Shown piece by piece: positions 32,249 through 44,022 of a DNA stretch of 64,000 bases. This stretch comes from Nitrospirota bacterium (GTDB lineage: Bacteria; Nitrospirota; Nitrospiria; Nitrospirales; NS-4). Each line of letters opens with the position of its first letter. Position 1 is the first letter of the stretch. The position numbers and the translations under genes were made by a program. Under the pieces are notes generated by a model. The model saw only the letters and a program-made list of their open reading frames with translations. It had not been told where the DNA came from and did no database searches. The stretch lies in the NCBI GenBank assembly GCA_963788195.1, contig CAWBGA010000001.1:96001-160000 (forward strand), written 5' to 3'.

Positions 32249-32576
32249 CTTCATCCTCAAGGGTCTCGACGTGCCGATGTGGAGTACGGCCTGAAGCGGG
32301 CCCCAGCGGATTTCGGTGCCGATCCAACTCTTCTTCGGCCAACTGCAAGGCTTTTCGGGAGCGCCGCAATTCAATGCGAAGCTTTATCCAAGCCGGGAAC
32401 AGGAGGATCCCCATGACCAGCAGTCCTGCACCGAACGCGCTCAGGATCGGCTTATAGATCGGCGTTGGCTTTGTGGTCGTTCCAAAGTAATGCAAGATGG
32501 CCTCTTCACTATGGTTTTGCAGGAAGAACGTGACCGCTAACGCGAGCAACGTGACGATCAGTATCAGCCGGACCAT
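32238..32576 (-). CDS. LapA-family (DUF1049) membrane protein
   Basis: TM-FFLQN-TM-coiled coil architecture. Confidence 0.7.
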   Translation of the reverse strand: MVRLILIVTLLALAVTFFLQNHSEEAILHYFGTTTKPTPIYKPILSAFGAGLLVMGILLFPAWIKLRIELRRSRKALQLAEEELDRHRNPLGPASGRTPHRHVETLEDEDVL

Positions 32577-32608
32577 GGATTAGAAGGTTCCCCTGGCGGC
32601 GCCGGGTT

Positions 32609-33127
32609 TCATGGCAATGGCAGGTGAGGGTGTTGCATGCCGACGAGCGCAGCACGGACAAGCGACTGATAACTTCCGCTCAGCGGGTACATGGTGATCA
32701 GCCGACGATCACCGCCTGCATGTTCCAGTTCCATCCGAAGATGATCGCGGGGGAGCAGCGTCGGGATCCTGTCGGCCCATTCAATCACTGTCACCGCCGC
32801 TGATTCGAGGTATTCCTCAAGGCCAAAGTGCTTTGAGGCTTCTGTGTCAAGACGATATAAGTCCACATGCACAACGGGGACCCGGCCGCGGTACTCGTGG
32901 ATCAATGCGAATGTCGGGCTCGCCGTGCTTCCCTCCGGGACTCCGAGGCCCCGCGCAAGTCCGCGCGCCAGGCAGGTCTTCCCCGCTCCGAGCGGACCCA
33001 CCAAGGCGATAATCTCTCCCCCCGTGCAGGCTCGGCCAATCCACTCGCCCAATTCCTCCGTCTCAGTCGTGGAGTGCGTTTGCCATTTAGGAGCGGCGTC
33101 CGCATCTTGTTGATCGTCGAGCTTCAC
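32609..33127 (-). CDS. tsaE: t6A biosynthesis ATPase TsaE
   Basis: GPLGAGKT, SPTF, HVDLYRL, IEWAD. Confidence 0.95.
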   Translation of the reverse strand: MKLDDQQDADAAPKWQTHSTTETEELGEWIGRACTGGEIIALVGPLGAGKTCLARGLARGLGVPEGSTASPTFALIHEYRGRVPVVHVDLYRLDTEASKHFGLEEYLESAAVTVIEWADRIPTLLPRDHLRMELEHAGGDRRLITMYPLSGSYQSLVRAALVGMQHPHLPLP

Positions 33128-33161
33128 ACTTCAGGTCTCCGCATGTTCTGCAGGCGAAACA

Positions 33162-34731
33162 TCATTCGCGCGTGGCGTGACATTGTATTTGTTGAATAGC
33201 CTGCGGAATGGCATCGATCAAGTCACGTGCGATCATGCCGATCTCACCTCGACGAGCGGCGGCGATATCACCTGCCATGCCATGCAGAAAAGTGGCCAGG
33301 CATGCAGCTTCGAGGGGAGCGACACCTTGGGCAAGAAATCCGACGGTCATACCGGTCAAGACATCGCCGGTGCCGCCTGTGGCCATCCCCGGATTGCCGG
33401 TTGGATTCACCGCCAAGGAGCCATCCGGCCCGGCCACAATGGTTCCCGCGCCCTTCAGAACTACATAGACATTGAACTCTCGAGCGAAACGGCCCGCCAC
33501 CCCTAAGCGGTCTTTCTGCACGTCGGCGGCGCTTGTTCCCAGTAACCTCGCCATTTCCCCGGGATGTGGGGTGAGAATAACAGGGGCTTGCGCGCGACGT
33601 AAGATGTGTGCGTGGCCAACGAGTGCGTTAATACCGTCGGCGTCGATCACGAGAGGTTGCTTGATGTCGGCAACGAGATCGTGAACCAGACCAACAGTTT
33701 CAGGCTCACGGCCAATCCCCGGACCGATCGCCACGGCAGTCTTGGCCGACGCAAATTCAAGAAGACTTTCCCTTGAAGCTTTCGCGAAACCATGCGAGGG
33801 CGTTTCAGCAACCGGGAAGGTCATGGCTTCCAAGAGTTTCGCTTCCAATACCGCGTTCACGCCCTCCGGAACGGCCACACTTACGAGCCCCGCTCCGGAG
33901 CGAAGGGCTCCAAGGGCCGCCATTGCGGCTGCTCCTGTCTTTCCGGACGACCCGGCAATAATGCCGGCGTGACCAAAGGAGCCCTTATGCGCGGCCGGCT
34001 TGCGGTCCGGGAGGGATGCTCCGACCACGGCAGCGTCCAGAAGCTTCAATGGAATCCTGGCGCGGGCGACGAGTTCTTCCGGGATGCCGATGTCACCCAC
34101 CCGGATGATGCCGGCGACATTGGGCCCTTCCCCCAAGAACAACCCGCGTTTGGGACGACCGAGTGTCACGGTCATGAATGCCTGGACGGCCGTTCCGAGA
34201 ATTTCGCCTGAATCAGCATCCAGTCCAGAGGGTATGTCAACCGCCACGATCCGTCGTCGAGCCTTGTTCATGACCTGAATCACATCGGCGACGGATCCTT
34301 CGATGGGAGCGTTCAATCCAGTCCCGAAAATTGCATCGATCAATACGTCGCTCTCGCCCAGCAATGTGGCCACCGTCGAGGGTACGGAGGCTGCGCCCGA
34401 AACCGAGATAGGTTCGGCCGCCCGCCTGTTTATATTTCCGGAACGTAATTGTCGCGTCGCTGGTGAGCATGGACGCCGGCCACAAAAGGCCCACTCGGGC
34501 GCGGCAGCCCCGCTGACGAAGGATCCTTGCCACGACAAAGCCATCGCCGCCGTTTTGGCCTTTCCCGGCCAGCACCGTGACGGTCTTGCCCCGTAAGGGC
34601 GCGAAGCACCGCTCCATTTCCTGGACGACTGCCTTGCCGGCGTTCTCCATCAAACGAAGGCTGGGGATCTTGCAATCCTCGATGGCGGCGCGATCAAGAG
34701 CGCGCATCTCGGCAGCGGAGACGAGTTCCAT
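33162..34731 (-). CDS. nnr: Bifunctional NAD(P)HX epimerase/dehydratase (+1 frameshift near 34410)
   Basis: LMENAG, GNGGDG-like, DAIFGTG, HKGSFG, TPHPGEM, GGTGDVL. Confidence 0.93.
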
Positions 34732-34748
34732 ACACGCTCTGGGGACTG

Positions 34749-35462
34749 TTAACGCAGAAGGTCTTTCATTTCACGGACCGCCCGCTCGAGCCCGATGAAT
34801 ATTGCTCTGGAGATGATGCTGTGACCGATGTTGTATTCCACGATCTCACTGATCGCCCGCAAGCGGCGCACATTGTAGTAGGTCAGGCCATGCCCGGCGC
34901 TTACCGCAAGCTCCATTTTATACGCCGCCCGCGCCCCTTGGGCGAGAGCTTCAAATTCCGTATCTTGTTCCTTCACGCTCAAAGCGTTGGCGTACCGCCC
35001 TGTATGGAGTTCAACGCAATCCGCTTCGACCCGGCGCGCCGCCTTGATCTGCTCCAAAACGGGGTCGATAAAGAGGCTGACCGCGATCCCTGATTGATGA
35101 AGCAGCAGAACCACCTCTTTTAGGCGTTGACGCTGGCCGTCGACGTCCAGGCCTCCCTCAGTCGTCAACTCTTCGCGCCGCTCGGGAACCAGGGTGACAA
35201 GGTGCGGCTTGATCCCCATGGCCAGGCGGGCCATGGCGTCCGTCGCCGCCATCTCGAGATTGAGCTTCGTGTGGACGATTTCGCACAGCAATCTAAGGTC
35301 ACGCTCCTGGATGTGACGGCGATCCTCTCTGAGGTGCACCACGAGCCCATCCGCACCAGCCATTTCCACTATCGTCGCGGCGGCCACAGGGTCAGGCTCT
35401 GTTCCTCCCCGCGCTTGACGTACAGTCGCAACGTGATCGATGTTAACGCCCAGTCTGGCCAC
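34749..35462 (-). CDS. pdxJ: Pyridoxine 5'-phosphate synthase
   Basis: [29 protein letters not shown]. Confidence 0.97.
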   Translation of the reverse strand: MARLGVNIDHVATVRQARGGTEPDPVAAATIVEMAGADGLVVHLREDRRHIQERDLRLLCEIVHTKLNLEMAATDAMARLAMGIKPHLVTLVPERREELTTEGGLDVDGQRQRLKEVVLLLHQSGIAVSLFIDPVLEQIKAARRVEADCVELHTGRYANALSVKEQDTEFEALAQGARAAYKMELAVSAGHGLTYYNVRRLRAISEIVEYNIGHSIISRAIFIGLERAVREMKDLLR

Positions 35463-35550
35463 GACGTCTCAGCTCCTGAATTGCTTTGGATGAACTTTTA
35501 CGCTGTGCGATGTAAAATTACAACCCATCTATCCAGGCAGTTCATCCTGC

Positions 35551-35880
35551 TCAGATCACCAATCGGGACAGTCCCGCCACTCCCACAAATGCTATGACGG
35601 AGCAAATCAGCGCGACCCAGAATCCCAACGGCTCGACAGTCAAGATAAACAAACCAACGTAGGCCACCCAGGGGACGACGAAATACAGGAGGTTCTTGGC
35701 ATAAGGCACGGTATCGGCGATCCCACCGTTGAGGTAGATCAAAATAAACGTAATGACAGTGAGAGCCGGAAAGGTCGAGACAAAGGCCGCGAGCCAACTC
35801 CGACCCATGCTGCCGAACCAGGTCGTCAGACTGACGACCGTGCCGCCGATTACGAAATACAGCAGATATCTCAGGCGCGT
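35551..35880 (-). CDS. Small four-TM membrane protein (DUF3147/GlpM-like); start uncertain
   Basis: YFVIGG..VS, AAFVSTFP; hydrophobic; no clean ATG found. Confidence 0.6.
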   Translation of the reverse strand, partial: TRLRYLLYFVIGGTVVSLTTWFGSMGRSWLAAFVSTFPALTVITFILIYLNGGIADTVPYAKNLLYFVVPWVAYVGLFILTVEPLGFWVALICSVIAFVGVAGLSRLVI

Positions 35881-35893
35881 ATTCCCCTGATAC

Positions 35894-36520
35894 TTATCGG
35901 AACCAGAGCTTGATCCCCGCGTATAGAATCCACACTTCAACCGTGTGCGCCGCCATGGTGGCATAAAGGCTCTGTGTCCGCAATAACAGTACACCCCAGA
36001 TAAGACCATCCAGCACGGCGATCCAGTGCAATGATCGGAATACGTCCACCATGAAGGGATCCCAGGCAAAGGCGAATGCTGATACGGTCACGGCGGCGGC
36101 CTGGGCGGCGCGTGACGATCCGAACAAGGCCAGCAGCCGGCCCATTTGGAACCCCCGAAAGTTCAGCTCGACGAAGATACCGATGGCGGCTATGCCAAAG
36201 GGAAACATAAGCCAGAGCGGCGCTTGCGCGTGAGGTGTTTCACGAAGGAATGTGATGTCTCCTCCGAGACCCGGTATTAACACCAAGAGGGAGGTGAGAT
36301 TGATGGCTCCCATAACCAGGCCCACGGCCATTCCCCAACGGAGGGCAGGGAGCAAGCGTTGCGGCTCCAACCAAAGGCGCTCGCTCCAAGGCCGGTTCTG
36401 AAGGAGCCAAAGCGCGAGCATACCGTACGCGATGATTTGGGGAGCAAAAACGATCCAGTGATTTTCCCGGGTGGCATCCGGTAAGAGATAGTAAGCAGCC
36501 GTGGCGGCCAGTGGGACCAC
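35894..36520 (-). CDS. CPBP (CAAX/Abi) family intramembrane protease-like protein
   Basis: VELNFRG, SLY..MAAH motifs; multi-TM. Confidence 0.75.
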   Translation of the reverse strand: MVPLAATAAYYLLPDATRENHWIVFAPQIIAYGMLALWLLQNRPWSERLWLEPQRLLPALRWGMAVGLVMGAINLTSLLVLIPGLGGDITFLRETPHAQAPLWLMFPFGIAAIGIFVELNFRGFQMGRLLALFGSSRAAQAAAVTVSAFAFAWDPFMVDVFRSLHWIAVLDGLIWGVLLLRTQSLYATMAAHTVEVWILYAGIKLWFR

Positions 36521-36557
36521 GACGAGCCAGGCCCCTCGTTCGGGTGCCGCGATGCGG

Positions 36558-37418
36558 TTAATGAACAGCTACCTGCGGCAGTTCAGCGACTTGCATACCG
36601 GGTTGGGGGTGATAGTGCTCCAGGGCCTCGGGCATCCAGCTTTGGAGTTGTTTGATGCGTGTTCCATGGCCGGGGTGGGTGGATAGGAATTCCGGCGGTT
36701 GCCCCTTCGACGCCTCCTGCATTCTTTCCCACACATGCACGGCTTCACGCGGGTCATAGCCGGCATCGGCCGACAGCAGCAAACCGATGTAATCCGCCTC
36801 CGATTCGTGTTTGCGGCTATACGGGAGAATGATCCCGTAACTGGCGACGGCACCACCGGCTAGCATCGCCAGCTGCGCGGTCTCGTCGCTTACTCCGCTG
36901 ACGCCCAGCGCGACAACACCGACGAGTAGTGCACCTTGGGTCGCGATTCCTTGGCTCATGCGTTCGCCGCCGTGGCGGGCCAGAGCATGGGTGACCTCAT
37001 GCCCCATGATCGCCGCGAGCCCGGCCTCGTTCTTGGCGACAGGGAAGATGCCGGTATAGACTGCGATCTTCCCTCCGGGTAACGCAAAGGCGTTCATGGT
37101 CTTGTCGTCTTTGATGACGGTCACTTCCCATTCGAATTTATTGGCAATGTCCGCGTATTTGGATTTCTTGGCGGCATCAATGATTCTGGCGGCCACACGT
37201 TTGACCGGCTCGATCTCCCGTGGATCCGTGGAGGGCGGCATCTTTGGATCATGGAGGACTTGCTCGTAAGCCTGAGCGCCCATCGCGATCTCCTGCGAGG
37301 CCGGAATCATCAAGAACTGCGATCGGTTGGTGTAAGGATTAGTGGTACAGGCCGGGAGGCTCGTCACAACGAACAGCAGAGTCGAGCAGGTCAGTGCCGT
37401 CGATAGGTGAGATCTCAT
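36558..37418 (-). CDS. M48 family metallopeptidase lipoprotein
   Basis: Lipobox LPAC, NAFALPGG, HEVTH, ESEAD, FLSTHP. Confidence 0.92.
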   Translation of the reverse strand: MRSHLSTALTCSTLLFVVTSLPACTTNPYTNRSQFLMIPASQEIAMGAQAYEQVLHDPKMPPSTDPREIEPVKRVAARIIDAAKKSKYADIANKFEWEVTVIKDDKTMNAFALPGGKIAVYTGIFPVAKNEAGLAAIMGHEVTHALARHGGERMSQGIATQGALLVGVVALGVSGVSDETAQLAMLAGGAVASYGIILPYSRKHESEADYIGLLLSADAGYDPREAVHVWERMQEASKGQPPEFLSTHPGHGTRIKQLQSWMPEALEHYHPQPGMQVAELPQVAVH

Positions 37419-37536
37419 TGTGATACTCCTCCTGCACGGAAGAATGCTCTCCTTGTATTTTATCTGGGTCTAGGGTAACGGTCTAGTCAGGCCGAAGTGT
37501 GGGTTTGTATTTCTTAAGCGGGGTCGCCCAGGCCCG

Positions 37537-38124
37537 TCATGTCGTGGGGTGCGGACGATTGGCAAATCGAAGCGGCCGATCCTCTCGATCCCCCTGGGGA
37601 ACGGCCAAGAGCGGCTTGGATTCAAAGCCCATTTGGTGTGCTACCCAGAGGTCGGGGACCTGCGCGATCCGGATATTGTAGAGGTTCACTGAGTCGTTAT
37701 AGAACTCCCGCCGGTCCGCAATCGTCTCTTCGATCGTCGAAATTCTGTTTTGGACGTGTTGAAAATCCTGATTGGCTTTCAGGTCGGGGTAATTTTCCGC
37801 GACAGCGAACAGCTTGCCTAACGCCCCCGTGATCATGTTCTCGGCCGAGGCCTTTTCGTCACTCGTGCCGCTGTCTCGATAGGCGGTGCGCGCTCGTGTC
37901 ACGGCTTCCAAGGTATCGCGCTCGAAGCCCATGTAACTGTTGCACACCTCCACGAGCTTAGGCAGCTCGTCATGCCGTTGTTTGAGGATCACGTCGATGT
38001 TGGCCCAGGCCTTTCCGGCATCGTTCGCCATTCCGATCAACGTATTGTAGGCTCCGACGAGGTACACGGTCATTCCGACGAGACCGAAGATCAGCAATAC
38101 GCCGACAAGTAATAGAGGATTCAT
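37537..38124 (-). CDS. lemA: LemA family protein
   Basis: WANIDV.LKQRHD..P.LV, AVAENYPDLKA, RREFYN. Confidence 0.93.
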   Translation of the reverse strand: MNPLLLVGVLLIFGLVGMTVYLVGAYNTLIGMANDAGKAWANIDVILKQRHDELPKLVEVCNSYMGFERDTLEAVTRARTAYRDSGTSDEKASAENMITGALGKLFAVAENYPDLKANQDFQHVQNRISTIEETIADRREFYNDSVNLYNIRIAQVPDLWVAHQMGFESKPLLAVPQGDREDRPLRFANRPHPTT

Positions 38125-38139
38125 ATGAGTCTCCTTCGG

Positions 38140-38997
38140 TTAATTGCCGGTACGCAGGTACCATTGAAAGATCGCAAACAGACAGGCGACGGTCACGGTG
38201 GGCCCGCTCCAGAGGCATAGACGAATTTGCCAACCCCAGCGCGTGAGCAGATCTTGTTCCATGCGGTCGGAGATTAATAAATGGCCGTCGCGTGCGCGTC
38301 CGATAAAGAGTCTTGATTCGTTGACGCTGGTCTCCGCCGCCGCATTTTCCTGGGCGGTCCCAAGAACGTATACCGGCGCGCCGGGCAGCAGGCAGGACTC
38401 ATGACAACGCAATGTCTTTTCCCCCAGCCATCCGGCGCTCGCAATCCCGAGTGCCGCAAGACCGGTTGTAACAGTCGGGGGAAGGGCGCCGAGCCAGTCG
38501 TTACGGTAGGTCCGGGCATCTTGCAGCATGAGGTCCGCTCCCTGGGGAAAGACCTGCACGATACCGGTTGCGTCCCTCGTATCAAACGGCTGTTCGGAAG
38601 TGCCTTGGGCAATGGTCTTCCATCGGCGATGACGGCCCGAGCGTAGCTGTTCCTCGACTCTGTATGAAAAGAAGACGCACGGGAGCTGGCTAAAAGGGGC
38701 GCTCAGCGGAGGGCCACCCAGCTCGGCTGTCCCGGTGATCTCAACAAGTCCGACCGCCAGCGAGCGGATGGCGGACGTGGGCTTCGTCTCCACTAACCGT
38801 TTCTTTTGGCCGAGGACGAATCCATAGTAAAACAGTCCGACGCCTCCCATCACGCCCGCAAAAAGCAGGGCAAGGAGACGGTCCGGCGCGCGCGCGCGAG
38901 CTGTGCCGGACACCATCATGGGAAGTTCATGGAGAAGCACGAGGGCGGTAACGAACAGAGCAATGCCGATGATGGCGAGCCAAATCAGGAGGCTCAT
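38140..38997 (-). CDS. GIDE-domain-like membrane protein
   Basis: PTS.IRSLAVGLVEITG, L.APFS..PCV.., VYVLG; upstream of lemA. Confidence 0.7.
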   Translation of the reverse strand: MSLLIWLAIIGIALFVTALVLLHELPMMVSGTARARAPDRLLALLFAGVMGGVGLFYYGFVLGQKKRLVETKPTSAIRSLAVGLVEITGTAELGGPPLSAPFSQLPCVFFSYRVEEQLRSGRHRRWKTIAQGTSEQPFDTRDATGIVQVFPQGADLMLQDARTYRNDWLGALPPTVTTGLAALGIASAGWLGEKTLRCHESCLLPGAPVYVLGTAQENAAAETSVNESRLFIGRARDGHLLISDRMEQDLLTRWGWQIRLCLWSGPTVTVACLFAIFQWYLRTGN

Positions 38998-39076
38998 CGG
39001 CCGCGGGCTTATGGAGCCGCTGATGGAACGGGACGGACAGGGATGAGCGCGAGTCATTGCTTCTATCTAGGTGTAT

Positions 39077-39105
39077 ATGCTATACAAGGTTACCAGTACT
39101 GTCAA
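39077..39105 (-). promoter_or_regulatory. Putative sigma70 promoter of GIDE-lemA operon
   Basis: TTGACA-N17-TAGCAT on minus strand. Confidence 0.6.
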
Positions 39106-39121
39106 TGTAAAGAGAGATTAT

Positions 39122-40084
39122 GTGAGCATTGATCCCTGTGATCTCCGTAGCCTGTTAGAAAAGACCCTCGCCGGGCGACCTCTTCCAATTATCCGTCAGA
39201 CCGCCGTCAAGGTGATCGCGCTCCTTTCGAATCCCGACACGAAAGTGGACGCTATTGCGGACGCGGTCCTCCACGATCAGGCCTTCACGGCCCGAGTGCT
39301 GAAAGTCGCAAACAGTGTCTTCTATCAAAGGCGCAATGAGAAGATTAGCAGCCTGGCACAAGCGATCATGCGGACCGGCTATGACACCATTCGCGATATC
39401 GCCATCGCCACGGAGTTTGCCGAGCTCGTTCAAAAGCGGCTTCCCCAGACGGTGAGCCTGCGTCGTCTTTTGGCGAAAACTTTTGTGGCGGGCCATCAAG
39501 CGTGTGCGCTTGGAGAAGCGCGGCATTTGCCCGATGCCCAGGCGCTTTTTACGAATGTCCTTCTGGAGAGCTTGGGCGAGTTCGCATTGGCCGCATACCT
39601 GCCCGATGTCTATCTTCAGGTCGACCAGGCGATGGCGCGAACCGGATTACCTCGTGAAGAGGCTCATCTTCAGGCCACCGGCATGACGCCCCACGAAGTC
39701 ACCGTGATCGTATCCAAGACGCTGGAACTCCCAGATGAGCTTCTCATCCCTCCTCCGCTCGACCAGCGCACGGCAGTGGTCGAATTCACAACCCTCTGCG
39801 CTACCAACATTTTTGGCCCTGAATCGCCTCAAATTGTCGCTCAGTTCCAAACGGCCATGCTGCAGATCCGCGAGGTTATTGGAATCCCGGCCGACGATCT
39901 TGAGATTCTTCTGGCTAAGGCCTTTTCCAAGGCCATGGAGTTCGGCGGGCAGGTGGACCTCGATGCAAAGTGCTTCGCCCTGGACCCCGACACTTCGCCC
40001 CTCAGCGGGCGCCATAGTTTTATCGGCCTATGCATCGACCACGCCGAACGAAACTCGGGCGTGAAGTCTGGATACGGCGTCTAG
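39122..40084 (+). CDS. HDOD-domain protein
   Basis: LP, D..FTARVLKVANS.FY, ISSL.QAI...G. Confidence 0.85.
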   Translation: MSIDPCDLRSLLEKTLAGRPLPIIRQTAVKVIALLSNPDTKVDAIADAVLHDQAFTARVLKVANSVFYQRRNEKISSLAQAIMRTGYDTIRDIAIATEFAELVQKRLPQTVSLRRLLAKTFVAGHQACALGEARHLPDAQALFTNVLLESLGEFALAAYLPDVYLQVDQAMARTGLPREEAHLQATGMTPHEVTVIVSKTLELPDELLIPPPLDQRTAVVEFTTLCATNIFGPESPQIVAQFQTAMLQIREVIGIPADDLEILLAKAFSKAMEFGGQVDLDAKCFALDPDTSPLSGRHSFIGLCIDHAERNSGVKSGYGV

Positions 40085-40150
40085 GCTGTATAAAAAATCT
40101 TCGGCCTTCCCTGCTCTCGTCAATTCGTTCCTCCGTGTGTTACGCTCAAT

Positions 40151-42160
40151 GTGCCCATGGGACAATTCAGGCTGGTCTCGGAGTTTCAACCCCGCGGAGA
40201 TCAACCCCAGGCGATCGAGAGTCTGACCGCAGGGATCCGCCACGGCGAGCCTCATCAAGTTCTTCTCGGGGTGACCGGCTCCGGTAAGACCTTTACCCTC
40301 GCCAATGTTATCGCCCAGGTACAAAAGCCCACGCTGGTGGTGGTGCACAACAAAACGCTGGCGGCGCAGCTCTATCGCGAATTTCAAAGCTTCTTTCCGG
40401 ACAACGCCGTGGAGTATTTCGTCAGTTATTACGATTACTACCAGCCCGAAGCCTACATCCCGTCTACAGACACCTATATCGCAAAGGATTCCTCCATTAA
40501 TGATGCCATCGACCGGATGCGGCACTCCGCGACACGGTCGCTCTTCGAACGGGAAGACATCATCATCGTGGCGTCAGTGTCGTGCATCTACGGATTGGGG
40601 TCGCCGGAGGTCTACCACGGGATGCTGTTGTATCTAGAAACCGGTGTAGAGGTGCGCCGGGAAGCAATCCTCAGAAAACTCGTTGAGATTCAATACGCGC
40701 GCAATGACACCGATTTCCACCGCGGGACGTTTCGCGTGCGTGGCGATGTGATCGAAATCTTTCCCGCCTCCGCAGAGGACCGTAGCGTCAGGATCGAACT
40801 ATTCGGAGATCTGGTGGAGGCGATCCATGAAATCGATCCATTGACCGGGCGATCTCTGCGACGGTTCACGAAAATCGCAGTGTACCCGAACACGCATTAT
40901 CTCATCGCGCCGGACCGATTCGATCGTTCACTGGGAGGGATCGAAGCGGAGCTGGGGGAACGGTTGGCGACGTTCAAGGCCCGCGGGCAATTGCTGGAGG
41001 CGCAACGTCTCGAGCAGCGGACACACTTCGATCTCGAGATGATGCGGGCGATGGGCTATTGCCACGGCATTGAGAATTATTCCCGGCATCTGAGCGGACG
41101 GAGCGCCGGCGATCCCCCTCCGACCCTGCTCGACTACTTCCCGAAGAACTATCTATTGGTGGTGGACGAGTCCCATGCGACCATCCCACAGATTCAGGGC
41201 ATGTATGAAGGAGATCACTCTCGAAAACAAAGTCTCGTGGAATACGGTTTCCGCCTGCCGTCGGCGTTCGACAATCGTCCGCTGAAATTTCGAGAGTTCG
41301 AGCGGTGCGTCCGGCAGGCCATCTATGTCTCGGCAACCCCTGGTCCGTACGAGTTAGAGAAAACAGCCGGCGTGGTCGTGGAGCAAATCATCCGACCGAC
41401 CGGACTTATGGATCCTGAAATATCGGTTCGGCCGGCCAAGGGGCAGGTTGATGATCTCTTGGCGGAAATCCGCAAACGCGCGGCAGCGGGGGAGCGAGTT
41501 CTGGTCACAACGTTGACGAAGCGGATGGCGGAAGACCTCACTGAGTACTATCATGATCTCGGGGTGAAGGTGCGATACCTGCATTCCGACATTGACACGC
41601 TCGAGCGTACGGAAATCATCCGGGACCTCCGGCGAGGCATATTCGATGTCCTGGTCGGCATCAATCTGCTGCGTGAGGGACTCGATATCCCCGAGGTCTC
41701 TCTGGTGGCAATACTTGATGCGGACAAGGAAGGATATCTGAGATCGGAGCGATCTCTAATCCAGACCGCGGGGCGGGCGGCCCGCAACGTCTATGGCGCG
41801 GTCCTGCTGTATGGCGATCGCATGACGGAGTCAATGCGGCGGACCATCGACGTCACGACGCGGCGGCGGACCGTACAGGAAGGCTACAATCGCACGCACG
41901 GCATCACGCCTGAGACGATCAGGAAAGGCATTCCGGACGGTCTCTACAGCGTATCAGAAGCGGATTATGTCACTATCCCAGTCGCCGCGGACACCCGAGC
42001 GGTCTACGGCGCGAATGTCAATTTGAAGCCATTGCTGCGGCAACTCGAGGGCCAGATGAAGCAGGCGGCAAAGGAATTAGCATTTGAGCAGGCGGCCGAA
42101 CTGCGGGATCAGATCAAGGTGTTGAAACGGCAGGCGCTGGAGCTGGGTGTGAAAGAGTAA
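40151..42160 (+). CDS. uvrB: Excinuclease ABC subunit B
   Basis: [34 protein letters not shown] domain. Confidence 0.98.
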   Translation: MPMGQFRLVSEFQPRGDQPQAIESLTAGIRHGEPHQVLLGVTGSGKTFTLANVIAQVQKPTLVVVHNKTLAAQLYREFQSFFPDNAVEYFVSYYDYYQPEAYIPSTDTYIAKDSSINDAIDRMRHSATRSLFEREDIIIVASVSCIYGLGSPEVYHGMLLYLETGVEVRREAILRKLVEIQYARNDTDFHRGTFRVRGDVIEIFPASAEDRSVRIELFGDLVEAIHEIDPLTGRSLRRFTKIAVYPNTHYLIAPDRFDRSLGGIEAELGERLATFKARGQLLEAQRLEQRTHFDLEMMRAMGYCHGIENYSRHLSGRSAGDPPPTLLDYFPKNYLLVVDESHATIPQIQGMYEGDHSRKQSLVEYGFRLPSAFDNRPLKFREFERCVRQAIYVSATPGPYELEKTAGVVVEQIIRPTGLMDPEISVRPAKGQVDDLLAEIRKRAAAGERVLVTTLTKRMAEDLTEYYHDLGVKVRYLHSDIDTLERTEIIRDLRRGIFDVLVGINLLREGLDIPEVSLVAILDADKEGYLRSERSLIQTAGRAARNVYGAVLLYGDRMTESMRRTIDVTTRRRTVQEGYNRTHGITPETIRKGIPDGLYSVSEADYVTIPVAADTRAVYGANVNLKPLLRQLEGQMKQAAKELAFEQAAELRDQIKVLKRQALELGVKE

Positions 42161-42164
42161 GTGT

Positions 42165-42425
42165 TTAAATCTGCTTATAGATGAAGACACCTAGAATGAT
42201 ACCGATGAAGGTCAAGAGATTCATCTTGATGGTAAACCCGATGGTAAATGTCAGGAGCCGCAGGTCCACGGTCACCGGGGGATTCAGGCCAGGGTGAATG
42301 GCTTTTGCGAAGACATCCTGAATAACGCCGCCGGGAGCCACGGCCAACAAGATCTCCGCGAGCAATCCGCCGAACATGCCTCCTACCAGGACACAGACGA
42401 GTAAGAGCCACGGAGACTTACGCAC
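42165..42425 (-). CDS. DUF4321-like small membrane protein
   Basis: Two TM segments around G..PP..VDL...TFTIG. Confidence 0.7.
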   Translation of the reverse strand: MRKSPWLLLVCVLVGGMFGGLLAEILLAVAPGGVIQDVFAKAIHPGLNPPVTVDLRLLTFTIGFTIKMNLLTFIGIILGVFIYKQI

Positions 42426-42477
42426 GCCGCCATCTCATGGAGGAACATGTTCTCAGGTGCACAGCAAAATTCGCCGC

Positions 42478-42506
42478 ACTCTACTAAGGAGTGCCGAGGA
42501 AGTCAA
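42478..42506 (-). promoter_or_regulatory. Putative sigma70 promoter
   Basis: TTGACT-N17-TAGAGT on minus strand. Confidence 0.55.
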
Positions 42507-42587
42507 ACCCTAAGCATTTCTTCGCCCGATTCAAAAAAGAGGAAGGAGATTCGCTGCGTTCCACCGCCCGAAACAGGGCTGAACGCC

Positions 42588-42616
42588 TTGACATAGTGTG
42601 AGTACTTCAGTAGACT
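42588..42616 (+). promoter_or_regulatory. Sigma70 promoter of ffh operon
   Basis: TTGACA-N17-TAGACT. Confidence 0.75.
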
Positions 42617-42673
42617 AACTATTCGGTTTTCTAAAGGAATTTCTAGCAAACCCTAGAGGCAATAGGCTGATCC

Positions 42674-44017
42674 GTGCTCGCTTTACTCTCTGAAAAGCTG
42701 GAGGGAGTGTTCAAACGATTGCGTGGGCACGGAGTGCTCACCGAGACGAATATTGCCGAGGCATTGAAGGAGATCCGTCTCGCCCTGCTTGAAGCCGACG
42801 TCAACTATAAAATCGTGAAAGATTTTGTCGAGAGCGTCCGGGTGAAAGCGGTTGGTCGCGAAGTCCTTCAGAGCCTGACGCCGGGCCACCAGGTGGTCAA
42901 AGTCGTCTGGGAAGAGTTGTCTGCGCTGATGGGCTCGCATCAGGCCACGCTGACCCTGTCGTCCATGCCGCCGACCATCATCATGATGGTGGGTCTTCAA
43001 GGCGTCGGCAAAACGACCACCAGCGCAAAGTTGGCTCGCTACTTCAAGGAGAGCGGCAAGCGGGTGTTACTCATTGCCGCGGATCCCCGCCGACCGGCTG
43101 CTGCTGAACAATTAGAAACGCTGGGAGAATCTTTGGACGTGCCCGTGCATCGAGCCGAGACCGCAGGCATAGACGCCGTGGGTATCTCGGTGGAGGGCGT
43201 GGAGCGGGCCCGCATGCAGGGGTTTGACGTGGCGATTCTCGACACCGGGGGACGGCTGCATATCGACGACGAGCTGATGAACGAGTTGGTCGCCATTAGA
43301 GCCAAGACCGCGCCGCAAGAGGTCCTCCTGGTCGCGGATGCCATGATGGGTCAGGACGCCGTCACAATGGCCGAGCAGTTCGACCGTAGCGTCGGGCTCA
43401 CGGGCGTCATTTTAACCAAGGTTGAAGGCGACGCGCGCGGCGGGGCCGTCCTTTCGATCAAGGCCGTCACCGGCAAACCCATTAAATTTTTGGGCACTGG
43501 CGAAAAACTCGACGCCCTGGAGGCGTTTCATCCCGAGCGGATGGCATCCCGTATTCTCGGCATGGGTGATGTCCTCTCGCTGATTGAAAAAGCTCAGGGC
43601 GCGATGGATAGGGACCAGGCCGAAACGATGGTCCAAAAATTACGGTCGGACACCTTGACTCTGGAGGATTTCCGCGAGCAACTCAAACAGGTCAATAAGC
43701 TTGGCTCGTTGGAACAGATTTTGGATATGCTCCCGGGCGGGCAGCGCTTGAAGGAGATGACCGGATCGGGAGTTCCGGAAAAGGAGATGCAGCGGGTCGC
43801 CGCAATTATCGATTCGATGACGACTCGCGAGCGGCGGGATCACACGTTGCTAAACGGAAGCCGCAAGAAGCGGATCGCGAAGGGTAGCGGGACCACCGTC
43901 CAGGAGGTGAACCGCCTCCTCAAGCAGTATCTCGAGGCCCGCAAGATGATGAAAGCGCTTTCCGGGCGCGCCGTGCGGAAGTGGTCCGGGAGCGGTAACC
44001 TTTTAGGGAGGAGATAA
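42674..44017 (+). CDS. ffh: Signal recognition particle protein Ffh
   Basis: [32 protein letters not shown]. Confidence 0.97.
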   Translation: MLALLSEKLEGVFKRLRGHGVLTETNIAEALKEIRLALLEADVNYKIVKDFVESVRVKAVGREVLQSLTPGHQVVKVVWEELSALMGSHQATLTLSSMPPTIIMMVGLQGVGKTTTSAKLARYFKESGKRVLLIAADPRRPAAAEQLETLGESLDVPVHRAETAGIDAVGISVEGVERARMQGFDVAILDTGGRLHIDDELMNELVAIRAKTAPQEVLLVADAMMGQDAVTMAEQFDRSVGLTGVILTKVEGDARGGAVLSIKAVTGKPIKFLGTGEKLDALEAFHPERMASRILGMGDVLSLIEKAQGAMDRDQAETMVQKLRSDTLTLEDFREQLKQVNKLGSLEQILDMLPGGQRLKEMTGSGVPEKEMQRVAAIIDSMTTRERRDHTLLNGSRKKRIAKGSGTTVQEVNRLLKQYLEARKMMKALSGRAVRKWSGSGNLLGRR

Positions 44018-44022
44018 ACCCC

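Noticed and set aside
34732..34748. Missing acpS between pdxJ and nnr
   Set aside because: Ordinary gene-order variation; cannot be assessed from one window.
42476..42494. CIRCE element (GCACTC...GAGTGC)
   Set aside because: Spacer is 7 nt rather than 9, the TTA/TAA ends are missing, and it is not upstream of a chaperone gene; no CIRCE was seen before groES either.
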